A DNA stretch of 60,815 nucleotides, counting the filler. It is 5 parts of 5 records of this genome, joined end to end, with 100 filler letters (N's around TTAATTAATTAA, not from the genome) between each part and the next. Parts side by side here need not be neighbours in the genome. Positions count along the whole stretch, not along the records: positions 54,687 to 60,815 come from DRR378314_1530; 4 more parts are not named here. One strand, given 5' to 3'. The notes below the pieces were generated by a model. It searched no databases and was not told the DNA's origin. It saw only the letters and a program-made list of their open reading frames with translations. Of this stretch, positions 55,860-60,815 are shown piece after piece; the first letter of the stretch is position 1; each line of letters opens with the position of its first letter. The position numbers and the translations under genes were made by a program.

Positions 55860-56675
55860 TCAGGTTTCGGCTGAGCGCCGCAAGGCGAGCAGGGCCTGAT
55901 CCAGAATTTCCTGGCTTGCACAACAGACAATCTGGCCACCGAGCTTTGGCGGATTGCCGCGCCAGTCCGTGGCGAGTCCGCCCGCGCCGCGCACAACGGG
56001 AATCAAGGCCGCGACATCCCATGCCTTCAGGCCACTTTCCGCGACAAGGTCAATTGTGCCTGCAGCGAGCCGGGCATAGGCATAGGCATCCAGACCGTAA
56101 CGGCCGATGCGCGCGGTCGCGCGCAAATGCGTCCAGGCGCCTTCTTCGGCGGGTGTCAGGATGAACGGATCTGTCGTCGAGATAACAGCTTCGCGCAGAT
56201 CCTTGCAGTCAGACACGCGGATCGGGGTTTGCTGGCCATCCTGTTCCAATGCCGCGCCGTCAGGCCATCCCAGATAGCGTTCATCCAGAACCGGCTGGTC
56301 AATCACGCCGATAATTGGCGCTCCGGATGCGTCACAGAGCGCGATCAGCGTGGTCCAGCTTGGCAGTCCCGCGACGAAGGCACGGGTGCCATCAATCGGG
56401 TCCAGCAACCAGGTAAAGCCGTTCTTTGATGGCTTTGCGGGGAATTCTTCTCCGGTGATGCCGTGATCGGGTCTTTCCGCTTCGATCAGCGCGCGCATGG
56501 CCTCTTCGGCCGCGGTATCTGCTGCCGTGACAGGATCAAACGCGGATTGTGCCGCGTCCATCTTGTTGTCGACTGTATCCAGAGCGCGAAAATGCGGCCG
56601 GATCGCTGTCCAGGCCGCATCTGCGAGTCGCTTGGCAAAGGCGAGCTCATCTTCAAGGGAGAAGGTTTTTGTCAT
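55860..56675 (-). CDS. hisN: Histidinol-phosphatase, inositol monophosphatase family
   Basis: DPVTAAD, GEE, DPIDGT, WDVAA. Confidence 0.8.
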   Translation of the reverse strand: MTKTFSLEDELAFAKRLADAAWTAIRPHFRALDTVDNKMDAAQSAFDPVTAADTAAEEAMRALIEAERPDHGITGEEFPAKPSKNGFTWLLDPIDGTRAFVAGLPSWTTLIALCDASGAPIIGVIDQPVLDERYLGWPDGAALEQDGQQTPIRVSDCKDLREAVISTTDPFILTPAEEGAWTHLRATARIGRYGLDAYAYARLAAGTIDLVAESGLKAWDVAALIPVVRGAGGLATDWRGNPPKLGGQIVCCASQEILDQALLALRRSAET

Positions 56676-56708
56676 CGGAGCAGGGCTTGCCCCGCCCGGC
56701 GGCACCCG

Positions 56709-57104
56709 TCAAGCGACGCCGGAGCTGCTCGTGTCGCCTTCGAGCGCCTTGGCCAGTTCCAGCAGGCGTTTACGTGGGCGCTCACCCAGGCGGTAATAGG
56801 CGCGGACCAGTTCCAAAGTCTCTTTTTGTGAAAGAATGTCGCCTTCCATACGCTCTGCATCATTTGCCGCGTCGGGGGCGTTGGGCGAAGGGATACCGTC
56901 GAAGAAATACTGGACAGAAACATTCATTGCCTTGGCCAGCTCAAAGAGGCGGGAAGCTGTGATGCGGTTTGCGCCACATTCGTATTTCTGGATCTGTTGG
57001 AAGCGCACGCCTACCTGACTTGCGAGGTCCTGCTGGGTCATGCCCAGAAGGCGGCGGCGGCGGCGAAGGCGCTTGCCTACGTGAAGGTCTGTTTCATCAG
57101 CCAT
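56709..57104 (-). CDS. XRE-family HTH transcriptional regulator
   Basis: VGKRLR.RR..LGMTQ..LA..VGV.FQQIQKYE.G.NRI. Confidence 0.92.
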   Translation of the reverse strand: MADETDLHVGKRLRRRRRLLGMTQQDLASQVGVRFQQIQKYECGANRITASRLFELAKAMNVSVQYFFDGIPSPNAPDAANDAERMEGDILSQKETLELVRAYYRLGERPRKRLLELAKALEGDTSSSGVA

Positions 57105-57280
57105 ATTCAGCTCCTAGCGGATGGGACCGGTATCAGTCCCAAAACGGGATAGTTTGGCTGGAGCGACGCAAATGGTGTGCCGTTGGGCACAAATGCCCAT
57201 TTTTTGCCCTGTAATCTCAAAATGCAGAGAAATCCCGATTCAGTGGTTGCGTTTTGTGCGGCGCAACATAAACCTGTCCT

Positions 57281-57357
57281 TGCACTCCGGTGCAGACGCC
57301 TCTGGCGTTTCCTCCCTTTGACCTTGGCCGCGCTTTCGTAGCGCGGCCCTTTTTTTT
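57281..57357 (+). ncRNA. suhB / MmgR (alpha-r8)-like small RNA
   Basis: Short hairpin, UUUCCUCCCU core at 57308-57317, GC-rich terminator with U8; convergent on the N-formylglutamate amidohydrolase gene; 5' end approximate. Confidence 0.75.
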
Positions 57358-57394
57358 GAAAACAAGGTCTTGAGGTTGAAGTGCGTCTGTTGCC

Positions 57395-58333
57395 TCAGCG
57401 GGATGTGATGAGGTCGGCCACACTCAGGATCTGGGTGACAACGTCGGACAATTTTTGCTGCAGCGGCTCAAAGCCTGCGCTCTGCGTAACCGCATCCTCA
57501 TTCATATAGAGACCGCGATTGATCTCGATCTGTATCGCGTGGAAGCCGCGCTTGGGCCGGCCATAGCGACGGGTTGTATATCCACCGGCATAAGGCGCGT
57601 TGCGTGCGACGCTCAGCCCGAGCCCGCGGAACGCCCGTTCTATCCGGCTGGTCAGACGCGGATCGCAGCTTGATCCGAACCGGTCTCCAAGCACGATATC
57701 CGCCAGATTGCGTCGCCCGGGTTGTGTGCTGGGCATGGAGTGGCAATCGATCAGGAAGGCTTGACCGTGTCGCTCCTTCAGGCTGGCAAGTTCGGTGGCC
57801 AGGCACTGATGATAGACATCATGGATGCCAGCCAGGCGGGCTTCGCCCTCCGCCCGGGTGAGGAGGCGTGCATAAATGGCTTCGCCGCGGGCAGCGACCC
57901 GGGGCAGGCACCCCAGTCCTGCCTCAACTCTCGCTGTCGGCAGTCCGCAAGCACGCGGTACGCCGTCACTGAACATGCGGGGATCCAGTTCTCTGGGATC
58001 GCGGTTCAAATCTGTGACAGTCCGCGCATATTTTGCGGCAATCAGCAGGCCACCCTGTCCCGGAACGCTCGAGAACAACTGGTCCACGAAGGCATCTTCG
58101 GTGCGTCTGACGAGCGCAAGTGGTACGCAAAGGGCCGATTGCATGTCTTGCGGATAGAGGTTTCCGGAGTGCGGGGAGGCAAAAACAACAGGTGCACGCA
58201 TTTTTTCTGGCGGCTCTAGCCGGAATGGTATGGCGTATCTTGGCAGGCCACGCGTGTTGCCTTCTGGCGTTTGCGAGGTCTGAAAATCCTCAGACCTGTC
58301 AAGAAATTGCGGAGCATCTGTCATCCGGCGCAT
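57395..58333 (-). CDS. N-formylglutamate amidohydrolase
   Basis: SPHSG, ED..VD, DLNR, DCHSM, NAPYAGG, QIEINR. Confidence 0.92.
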   Translation of the reverse strand: MRRMTDAPQFLDRSEDFQTSQTPEGNTRGLPRYAIPFRLEPPEKMRAPVVFASPHSGNLYPQDMQSALCVPLALVRRTEDAFVDQLFSSVPGQGGLLIAAKYARTVTDLNRDPRELDPRMFSDGVPRACGLPTARVEAGLGCLPRVAARGEAIYARLLTRAEGEARLAGIHDVYHQCLATELASLKERHGQAFLIDCHSMPSTQPGRRNLADIVLGDRFGSSCDPRLTSRIERAFRGLGLSVARNAPYAGGYTTRRYGRPKRGFHAIQIEINRGLYMNEDAVTQSAGFEPLQQKLSDVVTQILSVADLITSR

Positions 58334-58474
58334 CGTTTCCCTGTTTGCTTGAAGGTCAAGCCTTTTCGCTGAGCTGCGCCGATATTTGAGCGGTGGATCC
58401 TGACAATATTCACGCCTGATTTACCGAACTGCGTCTTTATGCTTAGGGTTATATTGAGAAGAGGGACATTCAGC

Positions 58475-58834
58475 GTGACCAAGATTCTGCTGGCTGAAGA
58501 TGATGATTCCATGCGCATGTTCCTGGCCGCTGCCCTGCGCCGGGCGGGACATGAGATTCAGGACTATGCCGACGGCGAAAGCGCCCTGTCCGCGCTGGAG
58601 CGTGAAGTGTTCGACCTTCTTCTCACCGATATCGTGATGCCAGGCCTTGATGGCATTGAGCTGGCGCGGCGCGGCGCTGAGCTCGATCCTGCCATGAAAA
58701 TCGTCTTCATCACCGGGTTCGCTGCCGTTGCCCTGTCATCCGGTGCGCCGACGCCTGCGGGCGCCAAGGTCCTTTCCAAGCCCTTCCATCTCCGCGAGAT
58801 CGTGGATGAGGTGGACAAGGTCATGGCTGCCTGA
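58475..58834 (+). CDS. cpdR: Single-domain response regulator CpdR
   Basis: KILLAEDDDSMR.FL, TDIVMPG.DGIELA, ITGFAAVAL, SKPFHL; synteny with the amidohydrolase and tRNA-Val. Confidence 0.88.
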   Translation: MTKILLAEDDDSMRMFLAAALRRAGHEIQDYADGESALSALEREVFDLLLTDIVMPGLDGIELARRGAELDPAMKIVFITGFAAVALSSGAPTPAGAKVLSKPFHLREIVDEVDKVMAA

Positions 58835-59154
58835 TGGACCGGGGCGACTCCAACGAGACGCCCAAACTGCTGAAATCCGTGTCGCGTGATGCCGGGCGTC
58901 ATTTCTTTGATGCGCCCGCCAGAATGAATCTGGATGATTGTATTCTTCGGCTGAGACATCTCGCCGGCCTGGAGATCGTTTCTCTCACGCCGTCCGAACT
59001 TGGCCACTGGCTGTCTTTTCGGTTTGAAGGGCATGCCTTTTCCGCAAATGATCCATTCGGAGAGGTCTGGTTCTTTGCCGAAGATCCCGAGACGCCGGAT
59101 GCGCTACTGCAGAAAATTGCACTCTGCGTGGTTACAACGACAAAGCCGTCTTGA
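58834..59154 (+). CDS. Hypothetical protein
   Basis: 106-aa ORF coupled to the cpdR stop (TGATG). Confidence 0.6.
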   Translation: MDRGDSNETPKLLKSVSRDAGRHFFDAPARMNLDDCILRLRHLAGLEIVSLTPSELGHWLSFRFEGHAFSANDPFGEVWFFAEDPETPDALLQKIALCVVTTTKPS

Positions 59155-59198
59155 CGCCGGGCGCTGAATTATCCATTACCCCTGCTTCCGACTGGATC

Positions 59199-59273
<75 letters not shown>

Positions 59274-59338
59274 TTTTCCAAAAGCTGTGAAACAAATTCC
59301 TGTCCGCTGCGTAGGTTGCGAAAACAGCGGGTTTTCTC

Positions 59339-59614
59339 ATGCTTGATTCCGACTGGCCTCAGTCAGACATGTTTATCGTTTACTACAAGGGCGGCGACGT
59401 GCTGGAGGCGGAAAACGTCTCTCATTCGGCGCGCAAGCTGGAGGATCGTCTGTTTCTGGTGTCCACGCCGGAAACCCAGTCAAAGCTCTATCACCACGTT
59501 AAACGGCTGGCTCAGCCGGATGCGCTGTTCGTCGGGCGGTTGGCAGCCTTGCCCAAGTTCAAGGGCACGAAAGCCGGTACCACGAAATGGGTCGGAAGCC
59601 TGATGAGCGCCTGA
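59339..59614 (+). CDS. Hypothetical protein
   Basis: 91-aa ORF with typical codon usage, convergent with purA. Confidence 0.55.
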   Translation: MLDSDWPQSDMFIVYYKGGDVLEAENVSHSARKLEDRLFLVSTPETQSKLYHHVKRLAQPDALFVGRLAALPKFKGTKAGTTKWVGSLMSA

Positions 59615-59623
59615 GCGAGACCT

Positions 59624-60815
59624 CTAGGCCTCAAACGGGTCTTTCATCAGGATCACGTCTTCGCGCTCTGGCGAGGTGGAGACGAGGGCGCAGGGCTTTC
59701 CGACAAGTTCTTCTAGACGGCGAACATATTTCACCGCTTCGGCCGGCAGATCGGCCCAGGAGCGTGCGCCCTTGGTCGAATCTTTCCAGCCGGGCATGGT
59801 TTCATAGATCGGTTCGACAGCGGCCTGGTCGGTGAGGCCAGCAGGATAGTAATCGATTTCCTTGCCGTTCAGCTTGTAGGCGACGCAGACCTTGATCTCG
59901 TCAAACCCGTCCAGCACGTCCAGCTTGGTCAGGGCGAGGCCGTTGACGCCGGAGGTGGCGCAAGCCTGACGGACCATGACGCTGTCAAACCAGCCGCAAC
60001 GACGCGCACGGCCCGTGTTCACGCCAACTTCGCGGCCGATCGTGCCGAGGCGTTCGCCAATCTCATTGTCTTGTTCTGTGGGGAAGGGGCCCGCGCCGAC
60101 GCGGGTGGTGTAGGCCTTTGCGAGGCCGAGAACGTAGGAGATTGCGCCGGGGCCGACGCCCGATCCGGCAGATGCGTTTCCGGCGACCACGTTTGAAGAG
60201 GTCACAAAGGGATAGGTGCCGTGGTCAACGTCCAGCATCACGCCTTGAGCGCCTTCGAACAGGATTCGCTTTCCAGCGCGGACTTCCTCATCCAGCAGTT
60301 TCCAGACCGGCTGTGCGTAGGACAGGATCTTGTCAGCAATTTTCAGTAATTCAGCCTTCAGCGCCGGGCCGTCTGGCTCTGGCAGGCCAACACCGGCGCG
60401 CAGTGGGCGGTGGTGGGCGAGCAGGCGCTCGATCTTCAGGTCCAGTGCGGCCGGATCTGCCAAATCTGCGACGCGAATGGCGCGGCGGCCCACGCGGTCT
60501 TCGTAGGCCGGGCCGATGCCGCGCTTTGTCGTGCCGATCTGGCCAGCGCCGAGCGCGCCTTCACGGGCAGCGTCGATGTCCTTGTGCCAGGGCAGGATAA
60601 GGGAGGCATTATCAGACAGGATCAGGGTTTCCGGCGTCACATCAACGCCTTGCGCGCGGATGCCGTCGATCTCTTCCAGCATGTGCCACGGATCAACCAC
60701 GACGCCATTGCCAATGACCGAGAGCTTGCCGCCGCGCACGAGGCCGGAGGGCAGCAGCGCCAGCTTGAACGTCTTGCCGTCAATCACCAGCGTGTGGCCG
60801 GCATTGTGGCCGCCC
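59624..60815 (-). CDS. purA: Adenylosuccinate synthetase, 5'-truncated by the window end
   Basis: [47 protein letters not shown]. Confidence 0.98.
   Translation of the reverse strand, partial: GGHNAGHTLVIDGKTFKLALLPSGLVRGGKLSVIGNGVVVDPWHMLEEIDGIRAQGVDVTPETLILSDNASLILPWHKDIDAAREGALGAGQIGTTKRGIGPAYEDRVGRRAIRVADLADPAALDLKIERLLAHHRPLRAGVGLPEPDGPALKAELLKIADKILSYAQPVWKLLDEEVRAGKRILFEGAQGVMLDVDHGTYPFVTSSNVVAGNASAGSGVGPGAISYVLGLAKAYTTRVGAGPFPTEQDNEIGERLGTIGREVGVNTGRARRCGWFDSVMVRQACATSGVNGLALTKLDVLDGFDEIKVCVAYKLNGKEIDYYPAGLTDQAAVEPIYETMPGWKDSTKGARSWADLPAEAVKYVRRLEELVGKPCALVSTSPEREDVILMKDPFEA

Noticed and set aside
58430-58456. CtrA box upstream of cpdR
   Set aside because: The match to TTAA-N7-TTAA is too poor to call.

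Overview
This window is not one genome. It is five contigs joined by artificial 100-nt N44-TTAATTAATTAA-N44 spacers. (1) 1-23166 is a moderate-GC gammaproteobacterial contig (Halomonadaceae-like, by inference) carrying proS, slyD, ampG, topB, azoR, lemA/M48, map and ycaQ, plus an unannotated ccoM-like small gene with FNR boxes. (2) 23267-29741 and (3) 29842-48126 are two high-GC gammaproteobacterial contigs (Alcanivorax-like, by inference): yraN-gmhA-BON, sspAB, petABC, rpsI/rplM, and the complete dcw cluster from mraZ to lpxC. Both break at the same GTAG-type REP palindrome. (4) 48227-54586 is eukaryotic and carries an intron-split Integrator subunit 4 (INTS4)-like gene. (5) 54687-60815 is alphaproteobacterial (Hyphomonadaceae-like, by inference): TraB/GumN, hisN, an XRE regulator, a suhB/MmgR-like sRNA, cpdR, two tRNAs and purA. 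The best candidate for an undescribed system is a two-gene RiPP-like operon at 2584-4161. It pairs a Tat-exported precursor made of about 10 [YH]-S-[RK]-P-x repeats, whose signal peptide contains a lasso-type YxxPxL RRE-recognition motif, with an HPr-kinase-like enzyme fused to a C-terminal PqqD/RRE domain. All family assignments come from motif recognition; no database searches were run.
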